In this document: piece after piece, positions 40,302 through 51,172 of the stretch
How positions within the stretch are numbered: the first letter of the stretch is position 1
Layout: every line of letters starts with the position of its first letter
Assembly (NCBI GenBank): GCA_018394315.1
Contig: CP074575.1
Location: forward strand, 2,078,615 to 2,142,614
Source: Mycoplasmatota bacterium
Lineage (GTDB): Bacteria; Bacillota_I; Bacilli_A; MAG-NZ
Direction: 5' to 3'
DNA length: 64,000 nucleotides
The notes under the pieces: model-generated
Database searches by the model: none
What the model was told of the DNA's origin: nothing
The model's input: the letters and a program-made list of their open reading frames with translations, nothing else
Position numbers and translations under genes: made by a program

Positions 40302-41222
40302 TTAAATATTTGTAATTTTTCCACCTTTTTTTATTTTTGAATAGTTAAAGATTGCTAATGCAACAATAGTAGCCACATATGGAGTCGCAATCATTAATTC
40401 ACTACTTAGAAACTGATTATCGAGTACATTACTTAAAGTTTGAGCCAATCCAAAGAAAGTACTTGCAAATACAACTCCAATTGGGTGTGCTGAACCTAAT
40501 GATCCTGCTGCCATTGCCATGAAGCCTCGCCCTGATGTAATGTTTTGAACAAACATTGTCACTGCACCCATTGAAAGAAGTGCTCCACCTAAGCCAGATA
40601 ATAATCCAGAGAATACGATAGCACCAATTTGGATTTTATCTCCATCTACGCCAATACTGTTAGCTGCTTCTTTATTAATACCGATTGATCTTAACCTAAA
40701 TCCAGATACTGTTTTAAACATATAAAAGTATAAGATTATAGCTAAGATAACAGCAAAGTAATCAAGATAAGTTAACGAACCAAATAAAGTGTAGAAAAAC
40801 TTTGTCCCTTTTAAAAATTCCACATTAACTTTTGGTAAACTAACTAAGTCTTTATGAACGAATGCTCCCTTAACTCCAAAGAATAGTTGCATCAAGAAAG
40901 TGGTTGCACCTAACATTAGTACATTCACAGATATTCCTACAACTAACATCGCTCCTTTAAATTTAACCATAAATATCCCAGCAATCCAAGATACAAACAT
41001 GGCTGATCCCATTGCTGCAAGTAAAGAAATTAAAACGCTTCCTGTGTAATAATTTGCTACGATCGCAAAGAATGCACCCGTAAGCATCATTCCTTCCAAT
41101 CCGATGTTAAAAATAAAAACTCTATTACAAACAGCCGATCCTAAGGCAACTAATAGGATTGGTGTCATCAATCTAAACGTTGAGTTTAAAATATGGGCAA
41201 TGAATTCAATATCTAGAGCCAT
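40302..41222 (-). CDS. Nucleoside ABC transporter permease
   Basis: NIGLEG, GFRLRSIG, GRGFMAMAA. Confidence 0.9.
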   Translation of the reverse strand: MALDIEFIAHILNSTFRLMTPILLVALGSAVCNRVFIFNIGLEGMMLTGAFFAIVANYYTGSVLISLLAAMGSAMFVSWIAGIFMVKFKGAMLVVGISVNVLMLGATTFLMQLFFGVKGAFVHKDLVSLPKVNVEFLKGTKFFYTLFGSLTYLDYFAVILAIILYFYMFKTVSGFRLRSIGINKEAANSIGVDGDKIQIGAIVFSGLLSGLGGALLSMGAVTMFVQNITSGRGFMAMAAGSLGSAHPIGVVFASTFFGLAQTLSNVLDNQFLSSELMIATPYVATIVALAIFNYSKIKKGGKITNI

Positions 41223-41223
41223 A

Positions 41224-42327
41224 TTACATTCCCCCCTTCACATTCAACTTCTTACTATTTGTGTTTTTTCTTCTCCATTTAATTACTATTTTTGCTGAAA
41301 TAAATAGAGTTATACAACCTTGTAGAATTTGAGAAATTTCAAGAGGTACAGTAGTGAATCTAGAAATTGCGCTTCCGCCTGTTTGTATACCAGCTAATAT
41401 TATTGATGAAACCAATACTCCAATTGGATTGTATGCAGAAATTAAAGCTGCATTCAAGCCAATCCAAGCTGATCTACCACTAACTAGTGAACCAGAAACA
41501 TATCTGAAATAGGTTCCATAAACCTCAGAAACACCAGCAAATGCGCTTAGAACTCCACTTATAAATAAAGATAAATACATTATTTTCTTCGCCTTGATAC
41601 CACCAAAGCGACAGAACTCTAAATTATATCCAACCATCTTTGACTCATATCCGTATTTGGTTTTGTTCATTAAGAACCATACTAGTATAACCACAGCTAC
41701 AGCAATAAAGAACCCTATCGTTAAAGCATAATCTTCATTTAATCTTGGGAATCTAATTTCTTCAGGTATCTTATAAGTCTGTTGTAGTTTACCACCAGTA
41801 GATGATGTATCTAAGAAAAAGTTTACAATAAAATATAATACGATAAATCTACCTGCATAATTCATCATTAATGTTGAAATAGATAAAGACATCTGGAATT
41901 TATCAAACAGGTAAGCTGAGATTAAAGAATATCCTCCTCCTGCTACAACTCCACCTACTATTGAGGAAACAAACTTAATCCACATCGGAGCAGGTAAATA
42001 AATTGCTATGATTGCTGCCACAAATGCACCAACTATCATTTGCCCCTCTCCTCCTATTCCAAAACAATTAGAACGCCATGCAATAGAAGCTCCAAGTCCT
42101 GCTAATATGATTGGCGTTGCCTTTGCTAAAGTTGTAGATAAATAAAACTTACTACCAAACGCACCCTTTAACATATATCCATATACCACTAATGGATTTG
42201 ATTTTGCTAATAGCATTGCAATCGCACCGATTACTAAAGCAAATGAAATAGCAACTATAGGTTGTTCAAGAGGTTTTAAATATTTTAATATTTGTTTATA
42301 ATTCATTTTCTTAATCTTAAACTTCAT
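41224..42327 (-). CDS. Nucleoside ABC transporter permease
   Basis: FGIGGEGQ, STLMMN, GYESKMVG, NPIGV. Confidence 0.9.
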   Translation of the reverse strand: MKFKIKKMNYKQILKYLKPLEQPIVAISFALVIGAIAMLLAKSNPLVVYGYMLKGAFGSKFYLSTTLAKATPIILAGLGASIAWRSNCFGIGGEGQMIVGAFVAAIIAIYLPAPMWIKFVSSIVGGVVAGGGYSLISAYLFDKFQMSLSISTLMMNYAGRFIVLYFIVNFFLDTSSTGGKLQQTYKIPEEIRFPRLNEDYALTIGFFIAVAVVILVWFLMNKTKYGYESKMVGYNLEFCRFGGIKAKKIMYLSLFISGVLSAFAGVSEVYGTYFRYVSGSLVSGRSAWIGLNAALISAYNPIGVLVSSIILAGIQTGGSAISRFTTVPLEISQILQGCITLFISAKIVIKWRRKNTNSKKLNVKGGM

Positions 42328-43822
42328 CTTTATTACCACCTAACATTAAGAAGCCAATTTCTTCTTCATTTGCTGTTTCCCTTGTAAATTCACCCTTAAC
42401 TTCACCTTCATACATAACATAAACTCTATCTGACAACTTTAAAATTTCAGTAAGCTCCGAAGATATTAGTAAAATCCCATCTTTATTTGCTCTCTTTTCA
42501 AATAACTTATTATGGATAAATTCCATTGCACCAATATCTACTCCTCTTGTTGGCTCGGACACTATCAAAAATGAACTATGTTGTGAAATTTCTCTTGCGA
42601 TAATAAGCTTTTGGGAATTTCCACCAGATAGCGAGCTCATTGTTTGTTTATTGTTTTTTGCAACTACTTTAAATTCTTCTATTAGTTCATCCGTAAATTG
42701 TGATGCAACTTTATAATCAATTATTCCATTCTTAGAGAATTCATCCTTGTGATAAAACCCCATTATGGAATTTTCAGTTAAAGTTCCTAAAGCAGCACTC
42801 CCATGAACATTTCTATCCTCAGGGACTAGCGCAACTCCTTTATTTCTTACATTCATTACACTTGTGTTAGTTACATCCTCACCGTTAACAATCACTTTAC
42901 CACTGGTACAATTCTTCAGTCCAAAAATTGTCTCTACTAGTTCAGTTTGTCCATTTCCAGACACACCGGCAATACCAACTATCTCACCACGCTTAACATG
43001 TATATTTACATTATCAAGCACAGAAACTTTATTATCAGTTAAAGTCAAATCTATTGACTCAAATACGGTTTCTCCAGTTTCTACTTTTTCTACTTGTTTA
43101 TCAACAATATGTCTACCAACCATTAAGTATGATAACTCCTTAATGTTGGTATCTTTTATCATTAATTCACCAACTTTTTCTCCTGATCGCATTACTAGAG
43201 TCCTATCGGCTACTTCCATTACCTCATTTAATTTATGAGTTATGAGAATAATACTCTTTCCCATTTTTGAAAGATTTTTCATCGTTTTAAGTAGTTCTGT
43301 AACTTCCTGTGGTGTTAAAACAGCTGTAGGCTCATCAAAAATAATTATGTCTGTATTTTGATATAATACTTTTAAAATCTCTACTCTTTGCCTTAGTCCT
43401 ACTGGCATCCCCTCAATCACCGCATCTGGGTCAAGTGGTAAATCGTATTTCTTTCCTAAGTCAATAACATCCTGCCTTGCTTTAGCCATATCAAAGAACA
43501 ATTTACCTTTCGGTTCACGACCATAAACTATATTTTCAGTAACGGTAAAAGAGTTAAATAGCATAAAATGCTGTTGAACCATTCCAATACCTAATTTAAT
43601 TGCACTGCTTGGACCATTAATATATACTTCTTCACCATTTAGGAAAATTTTACCGGATGTGGCTTCTTCTAATCCATATAGTACCTTCATCAACGTTGAT
43701 TTTCCTGCTCCGTTTTCACCAACTAATGCAAGTATTTCTCCCTTTTTTAAATCAAGATCAACATCTTTATTCGCTAGTATGTCACCGTAGTTCTTATAAA
43801 TATGTTCCATCTTTAAAAACAT
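42317..43822 (-). CDS. Nucleoside/sugar ABC transporter ATPase (two domains)
   Basis: GENGAGKST, QHFML, DEPTAVL, LSGGNSQK, PTRGVDIG. Confidence 0.93.
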   Translation of the reverse strand: MFLKMEHIYKNYGDILANKDVDLDLKKGEILALVGENGAGKSTLMKVLYGLEEATSGKIFLNGEEVYINGPSSAIKLGIGMVQQHFMLFNSFTVTENIVYGREPKGKLFFDMAKARQDVIDLGKKYDLPLDPDAVIEGMPVGLRQRVEILKVLYQNTDIIIFDEPTAVLTPQEVTELLKTMKNLSKMGKSIILITHKLNEVMEVADRTLVMRSGEKVGELMIKDTNIKELSYLMVGRHIVDKQVEKVETGETVFESIDLTLTDNKVSVLDNVNIHVKRGEIVGIAGVSGNGQTELVETIFGLKNCTSGKVIVNGEDVTNTSVMNVRNKGVALVPEDRNVHGSAALGTLTENSIMGFYHKDEFSKNGIIDYKVASQFTDELIEEFKVVAKNNKQTMSSLSGGNSQKLIIAREISQHSSFLIVSEPTRGVDIGAMEFIHNKLFEKRANKDGILLISSELTEILKLSDRVYVMYEGEVKGEFTRETANEEEIGFLMLGGNKDEV

Positions 43823-43896
43823 AATTTTCCTCCAAAATATAAAAGCCAATAGTTAAATAACTAACCATTTGGCTTCTATAAAACTAATTTTTAATC

Positions 43897-44940
43897 TTAA
43901 AAGGTATAACTAGTTTCTAATGGTGTCTTAACAGTAATTTCACCATTTTTAATTTTGTCCGCTAATTCTCTTAAGGCATCTACAATCTCGTCTGTCAAGA
44001 TATCTGTATTTCTTGGATTAGTACCATCATCAGTAACATAGATTGCTCCAATTACACCTTCTGCAATACCTAACTCAACTGCTTCAGGTTTGATTCCTGT
44101 TTCAAAGAATTCATCAACGATCATTTCAGTTACCACACCTGTGTACTTAACTTGTGTACTTAATATGTATGGGTTATCTGGACTAGTTCTATCCGCATCT
44201 TGACCTGAAGTGTAGAATCCTTTTTCTAGTGCAGCTTCAAATGTACCGAAGTCCGCCACTGCTGAAGCAGCATTGATAAATTTAGCACCTTGAGCGTATT
44301 GTGATAAAGCCAACTCTTTCGCTAAAGCTGCATCAGTATATGATTTAGTAAAGTTGAAAATAAAATCATCCATTGTAAGGTTAGGGTTGATCGTTCTTGC
44401 ACCTTCCATATATCCATATCTCCAAGGGAATGAACCTTGACCAGGATTTACATGAACTCCACCAAGTGGACCATCTGGTGCACCTAATTTATCACTTACT
44501 AAAGCAGCCATAGCACCGATTAAGAATGCACCTTCTTCTGCTTTGAAAGTGTATGATTTAATGTTTTCATTTTGACATACAACATCAATACATACATATT
44601 GTGATTTGTCCGGATATTGAGCAGCAATTTGACTCATTGGATCATCTGATTGCCAACCAATACCAATAATTAAGTCATAACCCTCTTCTACAGCCGCACG
44701 TACATTATCTTTCCATGCACCTGAATCTTGAGATTCCATAATTGAATATTCCATTGGATATTTCCCAGTTTTATAAATTTCTTCTAGTTTTTCTGTTGCT
44801 TGTGTTAAGAAAGGATTTGTTCCAACTGGATCTGTAATAAATGCTATTCTTTTAACTGAATCTTCTGATGTGTTACCACATGCTACTAAAGTAAGCGCTA
44901 AAATCATAAGACTAACAATACTTAATATCTTCTTCATCAT
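43897..44940 (-). CDS. BMP-family nucleoside-binding lipoprotein
   Basis: Lipobox LVAC; AEEGAFLIG..AA; first gene of the nucleoside ABC operon. Confidence 0.88.
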   Translation of the reverse strand: MMKKILSIVSLMILALTLVACGNTSEDSVKRIAFITDPVGTNPFLTQATEKLEEIYKTGKYPMEYSIMESQDSGAWKDNVRAAVEEGYDLIIGIGWQSDDPMSQIAAQYPDKSQYVCIDVVCQNENIKSYTFKAEEGAFLIGAMAALVSDKLGAPDGPLGGVHVNPGQGSFPWRYGYMEGARTINPNLTMDDFIFNFTKSYTDAALAKELALSQYAQGAKFINAASAVADFGTFEAALEKGFYTSGQDADRTSPDNPYILSTQVKYTGVVTEMIVDEFFETGIKPEAVELGIAEGVIGAIYVTDDGTNPRNTDILTDEIVDALRELADKIKNGEITVKTPLETSYTF

Positions 44941-45048
44941 TTTCTCCCTTTTTCTTCATAATTTAACTTTATTTTACCATAAAAGGGTTTTAGAATTGCA
45001 AATAAAATCAATTTTATTTAATTTTTTGCAAAACGATGAAAAAAAATG

Positions 45049-45801
45049 TTATAGATTAGCCTCTATTCTTATCACATTATCTCTACTATCTAAACTAGAA
45101 TATACTTCTCCAATACAGATAATATTTGTAAAATCCTCTAGTTGAGAGAATGAATAGCGTGCTACTTTATTATACTTAGTAGAATCTACTAATAAATAAC
45201 TCTCTTTAGAACTTTCAATAACCAATTTATTGATGTGAGCTAATGCAGCACCTGAAGTTGAGACACCTCGTTCTTCTGAAATTCCTAACCCACCTAAGAA
45301 GCATTTATCAAAATTCATTCGTTTAATTTGTTCAATAGCACTCTCACAAGATATCACACCATAATTGCTCCTTACTTTTCCGCCAATCAAAATTGTATCA
45401 ATATTAAGTTCTGCCAACTTACTTAAATGAACCATCCCGTTTGTAACAACTGTAACATCCTTATTTCTTATATGATCTATAATCCAGTTTTCAGTAGTCC
45501 CTGCACCTAAAAAAATAAAATCTCCTTTTGAAATTAAAGTTGCAGCATACGCACCTAGCTTGCTCTTTTCAGTTTTCTTATAATCCATTCTTTCTATCGC
45601 AGATTTCTCTTTTTCGTTTACAACTAACATAGCCGCGCCACCTTGAAGAATATTAATACGTCCTTCTTTTTCTAATGACTTCAAGTCTCTTCTTATTGTT
45701 GCTTCTGACGCACCAGTTTCATTTGCTAAATCTTGTAAATAAGCTACTTCAGATTTCTCCAAGTATTCTAATAATTTTTTTCTTCTAATATACGGAATCA
45801 T
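45049..45801 (-). CDS. DeoR/GlpR-family regulator
   Basis: SEATIRRDL HTH, FLGAGTT, VVTNG, DSTK. Confidence 0.92.
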   Translation of the reverse strand: MIPYIRRKKLLEYLEKSEVAYLQDLANETGASEATIRRDLKSLEKEGRINILQGGAAMLVVNEKEKSAIERMDYKKTEKSKLGAYAATLISKGDFIFLGAGTTENWIIDHIRNKDVTVVTNGMVHLSKLAELNIDTILIGGKVRSNYGVISCESAIEQIKRMNFDKCFLGGLGISEERGVSTSGAALAHINKLVIESSKESYLLVDSTKYNKVARYSFSQLEDFTNIICIGEVYSSLDSRDNVIRIEANL

Positions 45802-45948
45802 ATGTCCTCCTCATGTCAAAAAGCAATTAAAAAATCATTATCCAATTTTCCTAATTATACCATAAAATCAAATTCCAGAAAAACCCAGTATTACCCTCCA
45901 AATGAACATTGAAATCACTTGTGTTTAATCTAAACAAGAAAAAGCCCA

Positions 45949-46230
45949 TCAAAAGATGAACTTCTTAATTTGAAGTGTATTTAATATTATCTCCTGAGCA
46001 CCAGACATTACTTTACCGAAAAGACTTCTCTCGTTAATGTTCGTTATTAGTATAAGTAAATAACCATCATCTTTTACAGAAATTAATACAGAACCATTAA
46101 ACCCTTCATTCGTAAGAAACTCTTCAACTTTTTCTAATATTCTTAAGCATATTAATGCAATATATTTTAACATACTGATTTCAATATCTTTCCTATAAAT
46201 GCTATTCAAATATATCATTAGGTAACCCAA
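45949..46230 (-). pseudogene. Possible internally deleted serine hydrolase remnant
   Basis: FNGSVLIS (N-terminal-like) directly joined to LILITN (C-terminal-like); no clear RBS. Confidence 0.3.
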
Positions 46231-46267
46231 GATACTATACTCCTTAATTAAAATAGAGTTCTTACTT

Positions 46268-46810
46268 TTAAGTAATAAGTGAATTAATTTTGTTTTTAAC
46301 TTCCTCTGGAAGGTTACCTTTCAAAGCCCTTTTCAAAAGAAATTCGTTAATTTGATTTACCCTTAAATGGTTAACTAATTTGTTTAACTTGTTTTCCTTG
46401 TTTGGTAAAATTTGATATATCACATACCAATCTTCTAATGATGTTAACGGTATAGTGACGCAATTCAACATGTATATCTTAGAGAGTGAGTGTTTATCAA
46501 AATTATAGTTATAAGTACCCTCACGATGATTAATTTTGAACCCTGCAATGACATCAATATCTATTCCGTTAACTATATAACTTTCAAACCATTCGGAAGA
46601 AAATATGCTTTTTCTTTTTGACTTTTTCTTTTTCCCTATACTTCCTAAAATATCATCAACCTTAACGACATCATTTATGTCCACTATAAGATCTATATCA
46701 TTAGCATAGTCCACAAGTTGATACAATTTCATCAATAGAGAACCTCCTAAGCCCCAATTAACTTTCTCATCATTCAGTTTTTGTCCAATGTATCCCAAAG
46801 TTTCCAACAT
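46268..46810 (-). CDS. Nucleotidyltransferase-fold protein
   Basis: GGS...DIDLIV and third Asp in IDIDVI. Confidence 0.72.
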   Translation of the reverse strand: MLETLGYIGQKLNDEKVNWGLGGSLLMKLYQLVDYANDIDLIVDINDVVKVDDILGSIGKKKKSKRKSIFSSEWFESYIVNGIDIDVIAGFKINHREGTYNYNFDKHSLSKIYMLNCVTIPLTSLEDWYVIYQILPNKENKLNKLVNHLRVNQINEFLLKRALKGNLPEEVKNKINSLIT

Positions 46811-46852
46811 CTTTATTGCCTCTTTCCTGACTAGCTCATTATTATATTTTTA

Positions 46853-47302
46853 TTACCTCTTATTTACATCTAATCTCATAATAATCTCATTATTATCTTT
46901 ATTGATCATTCCAGTTCTCTTGAAACCTGATCCTTTATACAATTTCTCTGCTGCTTTGTTTTCTTTATTGTAATTTAGAGTGATTAAATTACAATCGTCA
47001 AATTCTGCTAAGTAATCAATAAAAGCATTAAAAGCTAATGTCCCTTTTCCTTTGCCTTGCTTATTCTTATCAATTACAAACACCAAAATATCGTACGCAA
47101 TATCAGGGCTAACATCTATTTCATACGAGACAAAACCTATTAATTCATCCTCTTCATAAATAGCAAGTGGTATTTTGCTTGGGAATATATAGGATAAAGC
47201 GATTTGATATACAATAGGAGGGAGGTACTTTTCATCTATACCTGTTTCAATCTTGATACATTCTCCAAAATTCTTTTTTGTTATTTGCTTAAATTTAATC
47301 AT
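46853..47302 (-). CDS. GNAT acetyltransferase (BltD-like)
   Basis: IDKNKQGKGKG, N..AEKLY...GF. Confidence 0.82.
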   Translation of the reverse strand: MIKFKQITKKNFGECIKIETGIDEKYLPPIVYQIALSYIFPSKIPLAIYEEDELIGFVSYEIDVSPDIAYDILVFVIDKNKQGKGKGTLAFNAFIDYLAEFDDCNLITLNYNKENKAAEKLYKGSGFKRTGMINKDNNEIIMRLDVNKR

Positions 47303-47411
47303 AAATTCACCATTTCCCTTCTGTATTATCTTTTTCATTATACCAAATCAGCTATTTATAGTAACCTAAATATAAGTACTTCTATATTTATAAGATACTT
47401 ATTAGAAATAA

Positions 47412-47441
47412 TTGACAATTAATAATGTGGTATGATAGAAT
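47412..47441 (+). promoter_or_regulatory. Putative sigma-A promoter
   Basis: TTGACA-N18-TAGAAT with an extended TG. Confidence 0.55.
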
Positions 47442-47487
47442 GCAGTCGCTATAAAAAATCATAGTTTTCGACAAGGAGGAGTAGATT

Positions 47488-48219
47488 ATGAATATAATTC
47501 TTAGAACCAACGCAACACAAGTTTATCGATTCTTGAGTATAATCCAAAAACACCTACCTACTGATCAATCTTTGAAAGGTAAGCGAATTCTTGACTGTGG
47601 TGCAGGTGGCGAACTCCCACCATTAGCATTATTTGCAAGTAATGGATTTGATGCTGTAGGAATTGACATCTCAGTCGACCAAATTGAAGCTTCACAAAAA
47701 TTTGCTAAAGAGCACGATTTAAACATCGCCCTAAGTCAGGGAGATATGAGAAAACTACCATTTGCTGATGAAACCTTTGATTATGTCTACGAGCATTTTT
47801 CCTTATGTCATCTAAACAAGGAAGATACACAACATGCAGTGAATGAAATGTACCGAGTATTAAAAAAAGGTGGGTTATGCTTTATTGGTGTAATCTCAGA
47901 AGACACTTGGCCAAAATCATTATTTGGTGAAGAAAAGGCTAATGGGAAATATGTCATGCAACAAGGTACTGAAGAAACCACTCATTATATCTATAGTGAT
48001 ATCGAGACGAACTCATTAGTATCAAAGTGGAAAGTGCTAGAAAAAGAAAAAGTCTCAAAATATCTACACGTACTAGCATCTAAAACTTCTTTAGAATCAT
48101 GGAATAAGTGTTACGACAACAAATTAGCTTCTTCCTTAAAAGAGTGGAGTTCACGTTATAGTGAAAGAGACGATTTCTTCAAATACGTTCATTCCTATTA
48201 CTTCCTTAAAAAAGAATAA
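47488..48219 (+). CDS. Class I SAM-dependent methyltransferase
   Basis: ILDCGAG, GIDIS, GDMRKLPFADETFD, RVLKKGG. Confidence 0.9.
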   Translation: MNIILRTNATQVYRFLSIIQKHLPTDQSLKGKRILDCGAGGELPPLALFASNGFDAVGIDISVDQIEASQKFAKEHDLNIALSQGDMRKLPFADETFDYVYEHFSLCHLNKEDTQHAVNEMYRVLKKGGLCFIGVISEDTWPKSLFGEEKANGKYVMQQGTEETTHYIYSDIETNSLVSKWKVLEKEKVSKYLHVLASKTSLESWNKCYDNKLASSLKEWSSRYSERDDFFKYVHSYYFLKKE

Positions 48220-48231
48220 AGTATACAATAA

Positions 48232-48257
48232 AAACAGAGTCAGAAATGACTCTGTTT
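48232..48257. terminator. Bidirectional intrinsic terminator
   Basis: AAACAGAGTCA-gaaa-TGACTCTGTTT. Confidence 0.8.
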
Positions 48258-48265
48258 ATTTTAAT

Positions 48266-49093
48266 CTATAAATCTATTGCCTGAAACTTATCTTTATCTT
48301 TATATAATATGAAAGCGAAAACTAATCCAATCAATAGTCCTGGTACAAGTTCTAACCAATTAAATAATTCAGATCTAACTACACTAGAACTGACTACTTG
48401 AATAACATATGTATAAATCCAGTGTAAGAATATTGCTGAAAGTAAACTATATTTTGTTCGTATGAATAAATAGGTATAAACGAACGAACTACCTGTAATA
48501 GATATTAAAAATGCTATGAATGGTAAATTATAACTATACTGAAATGATCCTACCATATAGAATAAAGGTAAGTGCCACATCGCCCAAATCACTCCAATTA
48601 TAAGACTTGTAAAGTTCGCATTCGTTGATTTCAGTAATCTCTTAACAGCAAATCCTCTCCAACCAAACTCCTCAGAAAGTGGTCCTAAAATAATAAGAGG
48701 AATGATACCTGGTAATTGAATAAGAAATTGGTTGTATTCAAATTTACCTCCTATTAATGTATAAATCAATATCAAGGAAACTGTAAAGTAAATACCAATC
48801 AAGATAATCGAAAAAATCCATTTAATCCCATTATCAATACGAAGTGATCTTTTAAATAGTTGACGCACTCCCTTTTTACCCTCATAGACACCCGTAAGAA
48901 TTAATCCAACTATTGAAGGGATAAATCCTCCAATAATAAATAAAATTACAGCCCATATAGGTCCCATTTCATCTTCAAGTAGGTTCACAGTTGGAACTTT
49001 AAATAGTGCTATTGGACCCCAAAAAACAAAATAACTTAAGAAAATTACTAATATAAAAAATATTGATACCTCTCTTAATTCTTTTTTCATCAT
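48266..49093 (-). CDS. CPBP (CAAX/Abi) intramembrane metalloprotease
   Basis: EEFGWRG, WAMWHLP, AIFLH. Confidence 0.9.
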   Translation of the reverse strand: MMKKELREVSIFFILVIFLSYFVFWGPIALFKVPTVNLLEDEMGPIWAVILFIIGGFIPSIVGLILTGVYEGKKGVRQLFKRSLRIDNGIKWIFSIILIGIYFTVSLILIYTLIGGKFEYNQFLIQLPGIIPLIILGPLSEEFGWRGFAVKRLLKSTNANFTSLIIGVIWAMWHLPLFYMVGSFQYSYNLPFIAFLISITGSSFVYTYLFIRTKYSLLSAIFLHWIYTYVIQVVSSSVVRSELFNWLELVPGLLIGLVFAFILYKDKDKFQAIDL

Positions 49094-49313
49094 ACCCTCC
49101 TATAAATATTAATCATCTTAGTCATTCATCATTGTATACTATAACACTCATGTCTAATAATATCATATTTTTACTTTTAGCGACAATAATCTATTCTAGA
49201 AGTCTCTTATTTCAAGTGAAAGCTAAAAAGAGAGATTTTTAATCTCTTTTATTTAGAATCTTTATTTCTTTACTATAAAGAAATTCTTAGGAGACGCATA
49301 AACTCAATACAAT

Positions 49314-49595
49314 CTAAAATGAAGTACTACCAGTGTTCTTCAACAATTGATCTATAGTCTTAGAATAAGAATCCAATATATTGTCAATCATATCAATTTC
49401 TTCTTCTAACGATACTGATAATTTCTTTATTTTATTATCTAATTCAGTAATATTAGTTCCATGTTCATCCACTTGTTTTTCTGATCTTTCCATTTTTCCA
49501 CTGTTCTTCTCTATTAAGCTTTTCAATGTTAAGATTTCTTCTGATATATCATCTATTCTCTTTTTAAGATTTGTAATCTCACTTCGAAAATTCAA
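49314..49595 (-). CDS. Small coiled-coil hypothetical protein
   Basis: Heptad pattern; GAGGTG RBS before the TTG start. Confidence 0.6.
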   Translation of the reverse strand: MNFRSEITNLKKRIDDISEEILTLKSLIEKNSGKMERSEKQVDEHGTNITELDNKIKKLSVSLEEEIDMIDNILDSYSKTIDQLLKNTGSTSF

Positions 49596-49812
49596 AATTA
49601 CTCACCTCACTTTTCAAAAAGCATTTATTTTTAAATCATCACTTTCTATAGTGATAACGGATTGTTAATCATTTATAGTACTAATAATTAAATTAATATA
49701 TTTCTTAAAGGGGTACATTTAACTCTAACACTTTCAAGGCTAGTACATATATTAAACTGAGCTACATTGTGCACATTTAATTTTAGCTTAATTTAGTATG
49801 GAGGTGAAACAC

Positions 49813-50148
49813 ATGTTTAAACAATTATTACTTTCTATATTAGGAGGACTGCTGATTATACTAGGGATTTTTTATGCTATACTTGTTCCAGGGCTAGCAT
49901 TCTTAGGCGGAATTGTTGTTATTCTAGGTCTATATGTTATTTTATTCTCAGCATTATCACGAAGGACTCTTTGCTTTAGAAAATGCTTTTTTGTCAATGC
50001 AATTATTGTTCTATTAGGAATCGCACTAATCTTTACTGGATCTTTTATTATATTTATAACTCCAGCACTGTTCATAATAGGACTATTCGTAGTATTCTTT
50101 GGATTCATAGTATTAGCTCTTGGTATCCTATTAATGGCTGAATGTTAG
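49813..50148 (+). CDS. Small 4-TM membrane protein
   Basis: Four hydrophobic helices, CFRKC loop, GGAGGTG RBS. Confidence 0.7.
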   Translation: MFKQLLLSILGGLLIILGIFYAILVPGLAFLGGIVVILGLYVILFSALSRRTLCFRKCFFVNAIIVLLGIALIFTGSFIIFITPALFIIGLFVVFFGFIVLALGILLMAEC

Positions 50149-50198
50149 AAACCATTCTTTATCGTAAAATACAAAGAACAGTTTCCTAATTATCAATG

Positions 50199-50240
50199 AA
50201 AAGGGTTGGTTCCTGAATATAACAGGAACCAGCTTTTTTT
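50199..50240 (+). terminator. Intrinsic terminator
   Basis: GGTTGGTTCCTG...CAGGAACCAGC followed by a T-tract. Confidence 0.7.
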
Positions 50241-50470
50241 ATAACAAATAACCCTATTTCATTAATATAATATGCTAAACAAATAATAATTCTACTTCAA
50301 ATAAATAATTTGTTAAAAATATAATTATCTTTCCTATTAAAGTTAGTTTAATTTAGCAATTTTTTAATAGTGTGCCGTTATAACATAAAAAAAGAGTCCG
50401 AATAAAGACTCTGTTTAGTTTTGTACTTCCATATTTAATTATCTTCATAAACTATTTCTATATAATAAAA

Positions 50471-50992
50471 CTACTTTCTTGCCATCCCATATCCACCATA
50501 AATAGGCTTTATTTCATTTATTGTGATTACAGCATCAGTAGTAAGACTTTTTACCAAATTTATTAAACTATCGGAATTATTTCTTCTAACATTCATTATT
50601 ATAATTACTCTATTACTATATGCACCCTTACCTTCTATTTCGGTAAGACCATAGCCGTGATCTCTTATAGAATTAATGATAGTCTGACTGCATTCTGGAT
50701 TCAATATGACTTCTATTCGAGAATTTCCAAGCCCTATTTTTTTCTCTAGGGTAGAGCCTACATAATTTCCTACAGCAAAACCAAAGGCATAAACTATTAC
50801 CTTCAGTGGATCATCAGATATGTTTGTTAAAACCGTTGATGCCAACATTATCCATATAACTACTTCAAAAAAACCAATAATTGCACCAATAAGTTTCTCT
50901 CCTTTTGTAATCAAAACTATTCTAGTTGTAGATAAAGAAACCTCACCTATTTTAACTATAAATATTAACAAATAGAACCATAATATATCCAT
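50471..50992 (-). CDS. UPF0316 (DUF5698/DUF2179, YebE-like) membrane protein
   Basis: VSLSTTRI, GFFEV, YAFGFAVGNYVG, GYGLTEIEGKG. Confidence 0.85.
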   Translation of the reverse strand: MDILWFYLLIFIVKIGEVSLSTTRIVLITKGEKLIGAIIGFFEVVIWIMLASTVLTNISDDPLKVIVYAFGFAVGNYVGSTLEKKIGLGNSRIEVILNPECSQTIINSIRDHGYGLTEIEGKGAYSNRVIIIMNVRRNNSDSLINLVKSLTTDAVITINEIKPIYGGYGMARK

Positions 50993-51172
50993 TCTTGCAC
51001 CTCCTTAAGAGGAATTATACTCCTTTAGTTTTTAAAAAACAATAGGAGTCTCAAATTTTTTTTATTTCTTTCAATTTTTAATAGCTAAACTATAAAAAAA
51101 CAGAGCGACAAAGCTCTGTTTTTAAGAGAATCTATATATAAAATTTCTACTTATCCAACTCGCTTTTCTTAA

